Assembly: GCF_006345805.1 (NCBI RefSeq)
Contig: NC_043020.1
Location: forward strand, 24,862,001 to 24,926,000
DNA length: 64,000 nucleotides
Origin: Octopus sinensis
Taxonomy: Eukaryota
Reading direction: 5' to 3'
In this document: positions 1 through 15,581 of the stretch, one piece after another
Layout of the letters: each line of letters opens with the position of its first letter
Numbering within the stretch: the first letter of the stretch is position 1
Notes under the pieces: model-generated
Databases searched by the model: none
What the model was told of the DNA's origin: nothing
Seen by the model: the letters and a program-made list of their open reading frames with translations, nothing else
Translations under genes and position numbers: made by a program

Positions 1-189
1 ACACACATACAAACACACACATACACAAACACACAAATATGTGGATACATTTAAGAGTTTAAAACAAACGCAAGCATACGCACGTGTATGCTTGGTCATA
101 CAATGGTAGAAATGTGTTTCGTCTTGATACAGTTGCTGGTTACAAGGCTGTGACGATGATGGACATGATATAATCGGATGATGATATAA

Positions 190-210
190 GCAAGCAGTAG
201 CAGCAGCAGC

Positions 211-258
<48 letters not shown>

Positions 259-424
259 TTTTATTGTTTTTAATATTATGTAGGGGGTGGTGTTGATGTT
301 TACGGGGTTCCTTGCGATAGTTGTTCGCTGCTTACTCTTCAGATGCAAAGTTTAAAGGTGAAACGTCTTTTGCATAACATGTTTTCGTTCCCAGCAACTA
401 GTAGTAGTGGTAGTAGTAGTAGTG

Positions 425-468
<44 letters not shown>

Positions 469-480
469 GGTGGTGGTGGT
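190..480. repeat. (TAG)n and (GGT)n trinucleotide tracts
   Basis: Direct inspection. Confidence 0.9.
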
Positions 481-618
481 CGTCGTCGTCACTTTGAATA
501 CAACAAAAGAAAGCGTATTGGGCGGGTGGGTGTAAATTGCGAGGGTTTTTAACCTTTAAACTATAGGAAGGCATCCTCTCATTATTCGCCCGAAAAACAC
601 CATCGCCATACGGCAACA

Positions 619-652
<34 letters not shown>

Positions 653-703
653 TAAAAGAGATACAAAAGAGAAGGGAGAAAGAAAATGAAGGAAACTAGA
701 CAA

Positions 704-734
<31 letters not shown>

Positions 735-3500
735 TAACATTTAGCAACAGGGAAAGTAGCCAAGTGTATGGATACGCGCACATGTGTGTGTTGTGTTCAC
801 ACTAATGCGTGTGCATGTGTGCGCGCGCATGCAAGCCGTTTTATGTCTCTTCCCATGTTTTGACACACTAATTATACACATGTCTATATGCCTACACAGT
901 GTCTTCCTAATACAAACTAAAATTCTGCTAAGTTTTGCATATTTTTACACTTCCATTCATGTGAACTTATTTGCTTTTTAATTGTAAACTTTAATTGTTC
1001 AATTAACTGCGTTCCTTTCGTTCAGTAACACCCAGTTCCTCAGGATTGCTGCAGAAGCTCTTTGTCCAAACTCAGAAACAATAAAAGGCAAGTAGGTGTA
1101 CACAGGGTCAGACTTATCATGTAATGAATTCATTTCTATACAGCCAATTAGAGCTCACCTTGACCTTGTTCAACTACGCAGAGGCAGCCACGCGGATGAC
1201 GAAGGATCAGATCCGTTCAGCTCTCAGGCTATACCTACACGCAAAGCCCAACATAACATTGGTGAATGAGTTAAAAACAACCAATTTCTTGGTAAAACCC
1301 TACCAAGTAAACTCAAGACGAAGAACGGTGTTTTAAGTCGACCGATCGCCAGGTTTTTAGAAGGAGACAAGTAATTAGATAGATTTGCATCTATACCTAT
1401 TATCGGATTTTGTTAGGGCCCCTTATGGTAAAGATGTAGATGGGGAAAATGTGGTTAGAGAGTGATGTGTTAGCAACTCTCTCCCTTTACTGTTTTACCA
1501 AGTAAACAACAACACAAATAACTAACGCAGAGGCGGCCATATTTGAAACAAGAACAAGAACAAGAAGCATGGTCATTCCTCACCCAAGGGACCTTATCTT
1601 ATCACCCATCACTTATGCGCTCATAAATTAGTTTGATAGTTAAGCTCTCATTGGCTCTATGCAAATGAGTTCATAACTGGGGTCCGGAAATCACATGGGA
1701 AAAAATTTCCCGGCCCGTGCAGCGGGTTTGTTATGATCTCGGTCACTTATACACAATGAAAACCAAGTAACCGGCCTAATGAGTCCTAAGACTCAAGAAA
1801 AACAAACACAATTGCTGTCAAAAGTTGTCGAATATAGAACCATTCAGCCGTCACTCGCGAGAGAATGTGGCTGGCCAATATGTCCCATTATTTCACTATT
1901 TCTTTTTACATGCCACCCATCACTTCTGTCCTCCAAAACTCAGTAAAAGTCTGTGGGGCAGAAGCAGTGGATTGGCAGAATTATTAAAACATCGGACAAA
2001 ACAATTTGCTGAAGTCAAATGTACCTTTCATCCCCACCCACCCCGATTTCAATCAAATAAAACTAACAATCAAGCACTATTGATAAAGTCAACTGTTCCC
2101 TCCCCGCATTCAAATCCCAAACCTTGTGCTTGTATTACGCCCACGCACACACGGGTCACCATCCATCCATACGAATACGGCATTTCATCTTCCTTTCGCA
2201 TTGCTTTTACTTTGAGTACGCTACACATCTACCTTTCTTTAATACAGACAGTTGGTTATCTTTATTCAATACTGATTCTGCTGCATATAATGATTGTTTA
2301 TTCAGGTGGGCAACTAATTGCAACATCAGTGAACTTTTCCATCCCTCATTTCTTTTATCACTAATTATTGATTTTGTCGTAGTAATACGGTTGGCGACAG
2401 AGCCCAGAGACACCGTACAGCGCATTTAGTTTTCTCCCTACCGCGCCAGACGATCTCCGCCCGCTACTGATTTATGTTTTAGTTTTTTAAATACAGCACA
2501 TCCCGTAAGAGAATATCTCAGAGCAAACTCCTCAAATGATTTGCCTTTGCCAATGTATTTGCAGGAAGAATCGCACACACACACACACACACACACACGC
2601 AAGGACAAAACCGGCTTTTCGAACACTGATAGTTTGGAATCTCTTATGATTTCAATTTTCTTTTTTGGCACGAGGCTAACAATATTGAGAGAGGGAGCAA
2701 ATCGATTACATCGATCCCATCGCACTAAATTGCACAGAAACAGATGAATAGGGAGACGGACATCGACACACGGATGATTAAACAGCCTGATGAGACACGG
2801 ATTGATGACAAGATTGTGGGATAATGAGAAGAAGAGAGAGAGAGAGAGAGAGAGAGAGCGATCAAGAGCAGAAGGGATGGGAGCCTTGCTTCTACGCACA
2901 TATACCATATGTGTAGCTTGAGAAATATTAACTATTTCAGTGTTTCTACTGAGTTGTTAAGTTGTTATAAATGTATCAAGTGTAATTTAAGACATAACAA
3001 CCACTTAGTAATGGCTGCCAGAGAGGGGGTGGGGGTGGGGGGATGCATTATGTCGCGCTCTCTCGCTCTCTCGCACAGATCACTAATCTTACCTAATCTT
3101 AATTGAATAATTAAAACGTGTATTATTTAATGAAGTTCTTAATGTGAGGTAGGTAGGTAGGTAGGTAGGTAGCTAAGTAGGTAGGCAGGTAGGTAGGTAG
3201 GTAGGTAGGTAGGTAGGTAGGTAGGTGGATAGGTAGATAAATATACACTTTATGTACATATATGTTATGTGTGCGCATGCACGGGTAAGTGATAATTATG
3301 AATATGTAAGCACATTTAAGCAAAATACTAGACACACAGATAAATAGACCTACACATATGCAAATACAGAATTCAGATGAATATTCATAGAAACACATAT
3401 ATGTGAGTGCACACACACCATCAAAGACATATCGATACACACACGTGTGCATGTCTGCGCATGCATAATTCTGTTTTATCTATGTTGCATTTCTTTTGGC

Positions 3501-3662
3501 TCTTTACGTCCTGGGTTCAAATTCCGCTGAGGTCGACTTTGCATTTCATTCTTTCGGGATCAATAAAATAATTACCAGTCAGGTACTGGGGTCAATGTAA
3601 TCGACTTAAGCCCCCCCCCCAAAAAAAAGAAACTGCTGGCTCCTGTATCAAAATTTGAAACC
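3501..3662 (+). mobile_element. SINE family A, 5'-truncated
   Basis: GGGTTCAAATTCCGCTGAGGTCGACTTTGC..GATCAATAAA..TACCAG..GGGGTC body shared with many copies in the window. Confidence 0.8.
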
Positions 3663-3767
3663 TTTTTTTAAATGTTGCTTTTAGAGATTGCGTGGAGGCT
3701 TGCATGTATAGGTGATGGCAACGCATGCGTGTGTGTAAAAGCGGCGCCTTTAAAATACAAGCCAACA

Positions 3768-4158
3768 ATTCTTTTCTACTCTAGGCACAAGGTCTGAAAT
3801 TTTGGGGGGAGGGCCCCGTCTGAAATTTGGGGGGAGGGCCCCACCCAATTAGCTCGGCACCAGTATAAAACTGATACTTAATTTATCGATCCCCAAAGGA
3901 TAAAAGGCAAAATCGACCTCGGCGTACTCAGAACGTAAAGACAGACGAAATACCTATTTCTTTACTACCCACAAGGGGCTAAACACGGAGAGGACAAACA
4001 AGGACAGACAAACGGATTAAGTCGAGTGTATCGACTCCAGTGCGTAACTGGTACTTATTTAATCGACCCCGGCGGAATTTGAACTCAGAACGTAAAGACG
4101 GATTAAATGCCGCAATGTGTAATGTCTGGCGTGCTAATGAATCTGCCAGCTCGCCACC

Positions 4159-4160
<2 letters not shown>
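3768..4160 (-). mobile_element. SINE family A, dimeric form
   Basis: Head CTGGCAGA..TTAGC, B box GAGTTCAAATTCC, long tail, then junction AAAGAAATAG|GTATTTCGTC into a second monomer. Confidence 0.85.
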
Positions 4161-4206
<46 letters not shown>

Positions 4207-4208
<2 letters not shown>

Positions 4209-4424
4209 TCTTTCTACTAAAGGCACAAAGCCTGAAATTTTTGTGGGGAGGGAGCTAGTCAGTTACATCGACCCCAGTGCGAAACTGGTACTGGTTTCAT
4301 CGATCCTCGAAAGGATGAAAGGTAAATTCGACCTCAGCGGAATTTGATCTCAGAATGTAAAGAACCGGAAGAAATCCGCTAAACATTTTATCCGGCGTGC
4401 TAACGATTCTGCCAGCTCGCCGCT
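4207..4424 (-). mobile_element. SINE family A monomer
   Basis: Full head and body; separated from the previous copy by (AAT)n. Confidence 0.85.
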
Positions 4425-5019
4425 TTATCTAACATATAGAAACATATGGCCATGCACAATGAATTACATACAGGGACGTTTGTATACTTGCATAAACGTG
4501 TGTGTGTGTGTGTGTACGTAAGTGCCTACATTCATAGATACAATGGAACCGTGTATAGACACGTATGCTAATCCATAGTATATATATATATACACACACA
4601 GAGATACAAACAGGTACCGGCAAGAAGACATATACACGCTCGCACAAACCCACACGGTATGTTGAAGGATATCGATCTAACGTGAATAGTAACACACACG
4701 CGTACACACAGATGCAGGCACATCGATAACATGCAGACCTCCATGCATATATCCGCATACATAAATACATGCAAAGATACGTGTGTACATAAACACACAC
4801 ACATGTACAGTAAAACGCACTCACACACCTGCTGTCATACAATACGAACATTGTGTGTCCCTGCGTGTGTGTGTGTAATTACATGCATTTACACACACAC
4901 ACACACTGATTTAATGATACCAATGTACGCACACAAATACCTGTCAACATACGTACAATTATACAAGCGTAAACATACACACATACGTACGTACATAACA
5001 GACACACACACACGTACAT

Positions 5020-5320
5020 CCGTACATACATGCATACATACACACACACACGTACATCCGTACATACATGCATACATACACACACACATACACATCTGTA
5101 TGTACATACACACACATATCCGCACACGTACTACATCCGTACATACATGCATACATACACACACACATACACATCTGTACGTACATACACACACACACAC
5201 ATATCCGCACACGTACTACATCCGTACATACATGCATACATACACACACACATACACATCTGTACGTACATACACACACACACACATATCCGCACAGGTA
5301 CTACATCCGTATATACATAC
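5020..5320. repeat. Minisatellite of ~60-75 bp built from CA/TA microsatellite
   Basis: CATCCGTACATACATGCATACATACAC and ATATCCGCACA.GTACTA recur 3-4 times. Confidence 0.85.
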
Positions 5321-5427
5321 ATACTGACGTCATTGTGCGCACGCATACAGGTAAACGAAAATACACAACAGGACTTCTATTTCAACTTCTTTCATTTTTT
5401 TCCTCAAACTATCTTTATCTTTCCCCG

Positions 5428-5484
<57 letters not shown>

Positions 5485-6599
5485 AATTCTATCTCTCCAG
5501 TTGCCGCTTTATTTATCTGTGTATCCAGCCAGCCATGCCTGTCTCCTCATCTGTCGTCCATCGATCTGCCTGTCTCTCAATCAATCCCTCTGCCGACCTC
5601 TCCCTCTCTAACTCTTCACCCATCTGTCTCTCCATCGCTTCCATTTATCCATCCATTTTATGTATATATCCGTATATCTGTTCCTCTTATATGTTTATTT
5701 TACTGAAAATAAAGAAAATCTCGAATGCAGAATAGCTGCGTGAACAGCCGGAGTTTGAGGGATACAAGTTTCCATTCCCTGCGTTCGAAATATATTTTCT
5801 GTAAAATACCAAATCGCTCAGCGCTTCGAAGTTTGTTTATAAACAGTGTTCTCATATTTGAAAATCATTTCTCAGCCTATCTCTCCATCTATCTTTCTAT
5901 TTATCTATCTGTGCAGACATATCTGTCTATATATCTTTTACTATATTTGTCTCTATTTTTCTCTCTCCGTCTATCAATCAGTTCATTTAACTATATTGTC
6001 TGTCTATCTCTCCAACTATCGATCTATTATTTGTCTATCTGCCTAGCTATCTATCAAGTCCAAGGATTCTGAAAGTGTAAACTTCTACATGGTTACTGAA
6101 CAGGTTAGAAATAGCAACCTAATTTTCAAATTTCAACCTTATAGTCCCCAGATGTGACATATTGTATGATGTAATCATAGCAATATTTTTAAAAAGGATG
6201 AGATGGCTACAGCTGGGCATAACATCGATCACATGTCGGTTGGTTCAATCAGGCTTCCAACCCAGAGCTAAACAACAACGCGTGTCTAGCCCCAACTTCA
6301 TAATGGTTTTTGTATGTAAAATTTTAGCATGAGGAAAGATGAGAAAGATCCTTTGTATGCTAAGCAGGATGCGAGAGCATCTTGATCCTGGATAAGATTC
6401 TTTAGCTGTTTGTGAGGGGCGAGGAAGTCCCCGTGTGGAAGTGGATATCGAACACGGCACCATAAATAAAGACACCGAGATAATTTTATTTGCGGATGAG
6501 AGAAGTAAATTGTTCCAAACGAAATAGAAATAAGAAGAGACACGCATTAAGTTTACCTACCTATCTATCTATCTTTCCATCTACACACAGAGGGAGACA

Positions 6600-7465
<866 letters not shown>

Positions 7466-7986
7466 TGAAATATACTCGCATACACCTACATCGCATACAT
7501 ACATAAGAACGCACACTCAGCGAATCAAACATCTACACATACAGCGAGATCCGTCCTGGTAAACTGAGCCTCCCTCACCATCACCGTCGCCTCCCCAGCA
7601 TAGAACAGCCCTGGCTACAGAAGAGAGAGAGAGAGGGAGAGAGAGAGGGGGGCAAGACAGCAGTTCGGTTGTATAACATGAAACGAACACACAGACAAAT
7701 GGATTCAGTGAGGAGGTCTCACTGTTACACAGTGACACCAGACTTACCGCTGTGCGTGTGTGTATGAGTGTATGTGACATGGTTACAGTCACAACGATGT
7801 CACAGTCACACATCCGTGACATTTCCACGTTCCAACAACAACAAATGATATTGGGAGAAGAGGACGGGAGAATATTATTATTGATGGCGTAACGGGATAG
7901 TTTGGCGATTGTTACAAGAGAGAGAGACAGACAGACAGACAGATATATACAAACATACACACGGATAGATATAAGCACATATATAG

Positions 7987-8023
<37 letters not shown>

Positions 8024-8364
8024 CATACATACATACATACATACATACATACATACATACATACATAGAAGTACACACATACGGAGTTACGCATTGACAC
8101 ACACAGAGAGATTCAAACACAGAGTCAGGTAATAAACAGAATGATGCAATGTGTGTGTGTGTGTGTGTGTGAAACATATATACACGTGCACACAGACGGA
8201 AAAGAACAGATAATGACAGATATAAAGAGATAAAGATAGTATGCGTGTGTGTATGTTAACACACACACACACACACATATGCATGCACAATTAATTAATC
8301 TGTAGATATATGTATACGTGTGCGTATATACGCCTGTGCTAGCTTATGTGTATTTGTGTGTGTG

Positions 8365-8398
<34 letters not shown>

Positions 8399-8713
8399 AA
8401 TATAATATATATATATATTATATAATATAATATATATATATATATAATTATATCTGCGTCCATATTAAATCGTTATTAAATTATGGAAGAACGTTAATTA
8501 AAAATATGGAAGAACGTTAGCGTTTCAAATTAAAGATAAAAGACTAATCAGAAATTTTATCTTTTAATAAAATATATCAAAATACAAAGAGAGATTTCCT
8601 TAGAGCGAGCTTGAAGAGAGAAGCTTTGCTGCATGTCGAGGGACCCATCAGGTTGTGCGAGAAGGGCTGTTGGCTGGAAACCTCGTCTTTCTCCATAACA
8701 TTTATCATACATT

Positions 8714-9070
8714 GTTTCAGTCACTGCACTGCGGCCATGCTGGGGCACCATCTTGAAGGATTTTAGTTGAACGAATCAATCTTAGTAATTTATATTTTCT
8801 TCCAGTCTGGTACTGATTTCATCGGTTTATCAAACCGAACCGCTAAGCTACGGGCTCGTGATCAAACCAAAGCCGGTTGTTAAGCAGTGAGGGTGGTGGT
8901 GACAAACAATGATACACACAGATTCATAATACACACACACACACACACGGCGTGCTTCTTTCAGTTTCCGTCGACAGAATCCACTCAGAAGGCTTTGGTC
9001 GGGCCGAGGCTATAGTAGTGGGACTGAACCTCGAACCATATGCTTGGGAAGCAAGCTTCTTACCATTCAG
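8714..9070 (-). mobile_element. SINE family B
   Basis: CTGCGGCCATGCTGGGGCACC..CCGAACCGCTAAG..TTTCAGTTTCCGTC..GGGACTGAACC. Confidence 0.8.
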
Positions 9071-10172
9071 AGATGCCGGCGTTATGTGTGTGTGTGTGTG
9101 TGTGTTCGTATTTGGTTTGCAAGATCCTTGATCTAAACTCGGATGCTCGTACTAAAACAGATTTTTTGTGTCTTGGTAGGGTCATTACGCCAATAATAAA
9201 CACACGCACTGTTTCAATTTCATTTTTCTTTTTTGTAAATTATTCATCAATTGGTTAGATATTTAACCAACCAACTAAACGCTTGTTAAATATATATTGG
9301 CGAAGTGTCTCATAGTTTTGACGAGAAGTGCAGGTATGTCTGTGGTTAAGAAACTTGCTCTGTAGCCATCTTCTTCGGGTTCGTTCCTACTGAGCGGCAA
9401 CTTGAGCAAGTGCCCTCTACTATAACCTCGAACTGAGCAATGCTTTGGAAATGAATTTGGTAGACGAAAACTGTGTGGAAGCCCGGCATCTATGTTTATG
9501 CGAGCGATTGTGTACCTCTCGTTAACTAGCGGCTCGTCAAAAAGAATCTATATCTATCTATCTATCTATCTATATATATATATATATATACACACACACA
9601 AACACACCTGCACAAATACGTATATCTATATACCTCTATTTATTTCTGTGGAAATTTACTACTTTGCGAGAGATAGATAGATGGATGGATAGACGGATAG
9701 ATAGACGGATAGATAGATTGATAGATATAAGTTCGATATAGATAACAATCGATATTATTCGCAGTACACAACAGTACAGTGAAGGTAGGTGAGAATACGA
9801 TTGTCGTCGTTATCGATCGGAGATTTTGTCTTTAGTTTTTTTCGCTTCGAAGTCTGGTCTGCAGATTAAAAAAAAACTAAATGGAATTGTAAAACTATAT
9901 ACTCACAGAAGCATACAACCAATCAGCACACACACACACACACACAGCCGCCAAGTTATGATGCGCATGTGTGTCTATTTGTGTGTACACATACGTACAT
10001 AAATAGATAGATAGAGAGAGAGAGAGAGAGAGGTGGATAGAGATGGATAGAGAGACACATGAATAGCGAGAAAGAGGAATTGAAAGAGAGAAAGAAGGAT
10101 GGATAGAGAGACGGAGAGAGAGATATTTATAAAAAGGGATGTACAAAGATAATGAGTTACATATATGTAGAA

Positions 10173-10215
<43 letters not shown>

Positions 10216-10680
10216 TTCATGCAGACAGATGCATAGGTATACATACATACATACATACATACATACATACATACATACATACATACATACATACATACAT
10301 ACATACATACATACATACATACATAGAGACCGACGGACAGACGTATCTGTGAGTGTGTTTTTTAATTTTTCGCAAGTGTAATCTGTGTATGTGTATGTAC
10401 ATGTATGACTCGTTTATATATATATAATATATATTATATATATATATATATGCACGTACTAATGTGTCAATGTGTACAAAGTATGTACGTATCGAAGAAT
10501 GACTGTGTGTGTGTGTCTATGTGCGTTGAGCAGTCTTAAACCATTCTAAAACAAGACACACACAAACCTGAGAACATTTAAAGAGGCACAAAATATGCAC
10601 CTCAGCGCGCGCACTGATATGAATAAATATATACACGTGTATGTGTGTGCGTGTATATGTATATATATATATTATATATA

Positions 10681-10785
10681 TATATGAATGTGTGTATGTG
10701 TATGTATGTATGTATATATGTTTATATATATGAATATATATGAACATTTAAATATACAAAGATGTAAAGATATATATCCTTATAC

Positions 10786-10817
<32 letters not shown>

Positions 10818-10932
10818 GAATGTGTGTATGTGTATGTATGATGTATATATGTTTATATATATGAATATATATGAACATTTTAAATATACAAAGATGTAAA
10901 GATATATATCCTTATACATATGTATATATATA
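10681..10932. repeat. ~125-bp tandem duplication
   Basis: GAACATTT(T)AAATATACAAAGATGTAAAGATATATATCCTTATACATATG occurs twice. Confidence 0.9.
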
Positions 10933-11213
10933 TGTTTGTGCGTGTTTATAAATGTATGTACATTAAAACTTTTTTAAAAAAAACTATATATGTACTCATA
11001 TAAAGATAAGTATATTTATAAGCATATATACATACATATGAACATATCGGTATATAACTACATACGCGTCCCTTGTGCTGTATGTGTGTGTGTGTGTGTG
11101 TATTTAAAAAACAGCTACAACACACGCATACACCTAAAGAGTTGTTATCCCAATTGACAGGATGGTCAAATTTCTTCATTCGATAATCAGTGAGAGATTG
11201 TATGTATATATAC

Positions 11214-11266
<53 letters not shown>

Positions 11267-11596
11267 ATATATAATGTGCGTGTGTTAACAGAAACACACA
11301 CACACAGACCGCACGCATCGTCGTACTACCTTACCACGGCATTGTATTAACCGAATACAAATGCATACACACGAACAGCATCAATTGAGTGAGGCACTTA
11401 TGTATACATGAACATGTACAGATACATACATACATGCATATATATATACACACTTGCATATATCCACACACAATCACTTGCATATACATACACACCACCC
11501 CCCGACACTTGCATATCTGTACTTATGTATATATTTATGTATTCACAGTGTATACCTATTGCAATGTGAGTGTAGTAGAGTATATTGGGGTTCAAA

Positions 11597-11788
11597 CTTT
11601 GGCATAAGGTCGATGGTGTGGGGAAGTCGATTACATGGACCCTAGTACTAAAACTCTGCTTATATTATCGACAAGATGAAAGGATGAAAGGCCAAGTCGT
11701 CGTCGGTGGCAGAATTTGAACTCAGAACGTAAAGACGGACGAAATGCCGCTAAGCATTTCTCCCGGCATGCTAACGATTCAGCCAGCA
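11597..11788 (-). mobile_element. SINE family A monomer
   Basis: GAATTTGAACTCAGAACGTAAAGACGGACGAAATGCCGCTAAGCATTTC...CTAACGATTC. Confidence 0.8.
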
Positions 11789-12194
11789 ATGAATATAGTA
11801 GCGATGTATAAGTGCAAATACTTTCTGTGGTAGGACTCAATACATTGGTTAATGTAAATGTGTTTGTTCAATGTTGACTATGCGGGAAAAACGCAAAGAA
11901 CAATTTCAACTGTGTGGTGCTCCGGCTTGGCCGGAGTCTAATTATGGTAAATTAAATGTTATATACACAAATACACACACACACCTATATAAATATGTAT
12001 AATGTGTATGGGGGGTGGGGTGGATGGCATCAATTGCAAGATGACCGGGTGACCAAATGCTGGGTCACGCTCCAATGACTGACTGACCAGGGGAGAACTT
12101 GATTCAACAAACTTGACGAACCAGCAGCGAGAAGAGGGCAGAAGCGGAGATGAAGCGACAATACAATATATATACACACACACACTTTATATAT

Positions 12195-12265
12195 TATATC
12201 GGTATATATATATATATATATATGCTTTTTACCTATATATATATATACATACGCTTTTTACCTAC

Positions 12266-12315
<50 letters not shown>

Positions 12316-12374
12316 GTAGGTAAAAAGCGTATGTATATATATATAGGTAAAAGGTATATATATATACCGATATA
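12195..12374. repeat. Inverted repeat around a (TA)n core
   Basis: GCTTTTTACCTATATA..CATACGCTTTTTACCTACATAAT versus ATTATGTAGGTAAAAAGCGTATG..TATAGGTAAAAAGG; outer ATATCGGTATA/TATACCGATAT. Confidence 0.85.
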
Positions 12375-13902
12375 AATATGCAAGGCCTTATACATGCATG
12401 GATTTAAATATTTGTGTGTGTGTGTGTGTGTGTACAGCGTCATCTCCGCATATGTGAATATATACAACCATTATGAAAATATTGTGAATAGATGAAGAAT
12501 AGTTTCTAATAAAGCTCCCAACGCGATTCGAACTGAGTATGCAGAGGACGGCAAGATACAGCAAAGGCTTTTTTTCTCCTTTGCTGTATCTTTTCGAGAA
12601 AATACTATTTCTAGCAGAAGAAGGAAGCCACAAAGTCGGGGCTTAGATAAGGGTCGGTTCTTTCTGCCTCACAACTAGACTGGTACATTACTTAATGGAT
12701 CCCGAGAAGAGAAAGTACAAGGCACTCGGCGAAACATGAACTGGGGACGCAAAGGTCCACGGAATAGCGTTAAGTATCAACGAGGTGACTATTCTACCAA
12801 CAAGTCTCAGAATTTCAATAATTAAACCTGAAATTAGTTTGGAATTGGTAAAAGGAAGCCTACATTTTTATAAAGGTGAAATTTTGCTTTCGAAGTCCCA
12901 TACCACATGGAGATGGAAAGTTTTATATTTTGACTTTTTTAATATTCCTGGGTTTTATACAAAAATTATGATTTTGTCAAAATTTCTTTTCCAAAATCTC
13001 AAACTTTTTACATTTTTGCCTACCCCCACCTACTTAACCATAACTTTCCTATGAGAACAAACTCCCAAAATCCGCCAAAATATCATGCCATTGATATAAA
13101 CTTAAATTACTTAATAACTAATTGTCTTAAATAATTAGCCCTTAAGAAAATAAGGTCTTTTTATTTATTTATTTATTTGTCTTTTATTCTCTTACTGCTT
13201 TGAGTTTTCTTTGGACAGTGGCCATGCTGGGGCACCGTATCATCTGTCAAATCGACCCACCGTAGTTGTTCCAAGTCTTATTTGCTACTTACACTACCGA
13301 ACTTAAAATTCCACTTCTCAAATGGAAACAAATGCAAACACACACCTCATATATATATATATATATAATATATATAGTTATAAACACATATGCATGAAAA
13401 ACACCGGTTTTCTAAAGACAGCACCACCATCCTTTCGCATCATACGTCTCAACTGCGAGTCGCAATTAAACGGATTGTATCTTGGATGCACCTGTCTCAT
13501 GCACAGACCTCTTAGCTGGATTTTGCATTTATGCATATCACGTGACATTACTATATTGCCGGTGCACAGTGTATGTATATGCGTGTGGATCTATAATTTT
13601 CTGTATTTGTATCTACGCTTTGAGTTCTTGTGAGTGTGTGTGTGGGTGTGTGTTTGTACACACACACACAAACACACACAAACACAAACACACACAAACA
13701 CAAACACACATATTGTTCTTAAACAAGAATATTATTGACTGACTTAGAAGATTTGTCGACCTGCAATGCATTGAAACTTCGAAGTCACTGTCAATGTTTT
13801 TTTTAAGAATAATAAATCTGCACTCTACAAACATAGAGAAACCCGTCAGATTAATATTAAATTGTTATATATATATATATAACTGAACATAAAAATAAAC
13901 AT

Positions 13903-13938
<36 letters not shown>

Positions 13939-13972
13939 AATATATATATACACTAATATAAATACACACCAC

Positions 13973-14028
<56 letters not shown>

Positions 14029-14652
14029 ATTTGTATTAATTCCTGTGAATTACAGCAAGCGCGAAGACTGATTCTGCCTGACATACAAAGCACGCACACG
14101 CACGCACACACGCATACAGACACACATACACACACACACGCATACAGACACACGTACACACACACACGCACACACACTCAGGTATGGATAATTAATGTTG
14201 AAGTAGCTGTGTCTGTCTGTGTGTCTGCACTCACGCATCTCGCTTCATGTCTGTCGGCAGAAATAAAGCAGGTTTGAGTGCGCGCACGTGTATGTATGTG
14301 TGTGTGTGTGTGTGCGAAAGTAAGGGAGGCTTTATAGAAATGTATGTATGTGTGTACGCGCGTGTGTGTGTGTATGTATGTGTTTCATTGTATGTGCGTA
14401 AGTACACAGGTGAAATGAGTATATTTCGTGTCAATCAGCATTATAGCTTTGATGTATGGCACATTGCTATATACACCTGCACGCGCAGGTGTATATAGCA
14501 ATGTGTGAGCGTGCGCATATATACGCACATACATATAAACTTTATACATACATAGCCATCTCGTGTACATACACCCATATCCATGCACATACAATATCAC
14601 CGTGTGTGTATATATAAATATATATATACATATATGCACATATGTACATCAT

Positions 14653-14696
<44 letters not shown>

Positions 14697-14803
14697 ACTA
14701 ACTTTTATATATAAATGCACAGAAGCATTCGTGTGTGTGTAAGTGTATATAGACACAAAAAATATACGGCAACGCGTATATGGCAACATATATAAACAAA
14801 AGT

Positions 14804-14848
<45 letters not shown>

Positions 14849-15524
14849 TGTATAATTGTCTTTCACGACTGTTTCTTTAAACATACGTTTTGCCCCAAAA
14901 TATACTCAGAAAATAATTCATTTCGTTTATCGCCAAAATATTCTCTCCTGCAAGCCTTGCGGCAAAACCAAGCTCTACTCAGAGCATTAGAATTCTCCTT
15001 CTTCTCCTTATTATTATTATTATTATTATTATTGTTATTCATTATCAACATCATCATCATCATTACTGTTATTATATAATATACAACGATGTTTCGACAG
15101 TGATTTGCTGTTGTCATTGACCAAGCTGCACCAACACATATTGATAGGAATACATTGTGATCTCAATAAAACCACTTCGGTCTCAGTAAAGACAGTACAA
15201 GCACAACTGTTTGTGTTGGTTACCGGTGAAGTATGACAGAAAGAGGAGCGGCAGCTCGTTGTTTGTTGTGTTCACCCACATCAGGCTTTTTTTTTTGTTT
15301 TAAATTAGTAATTAAGGGGTGCGGGTTTCGATCTTCTGACTCCTACTCGTTGATCTATTCAGGTTTTGGTTTTTAATGGTTTTTTTTCGTTTTATTTACT
15401 TATTTATTTTCAGTTTTATTAGCACTACTGAAAATGTTGATTATAATTATCAAATCTACAATAATTGTCTGAATACAAAAGTAGTTCATAGTTTTTTAAA
15501 AAACGAAGCCGGTTAAAACATACC

Positions 15525-15581
<57 letters not shown>

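Noticed and set aside
6380-6530. ILFADE-SKLF resemblance to a LINE RT motif
   Set aside because: The upstream GVPQGS motif is absent and the match is too short to call.
7745-7920. Perfect GCG|GTAAGT donor on the minus strand with an upstream open frame
   Set aside because: No acceptor or convincing coding content; a UTR exon cannot be supported from sequence alone.
11917-11945. CTCCGGC/GCCGGAG hairpin followed by CTAAT as a Helitron 3' end
   Set aside because: The spacer to CTRR is only 1 nt and no 5' TC end or Rep/helicase remnant was found.
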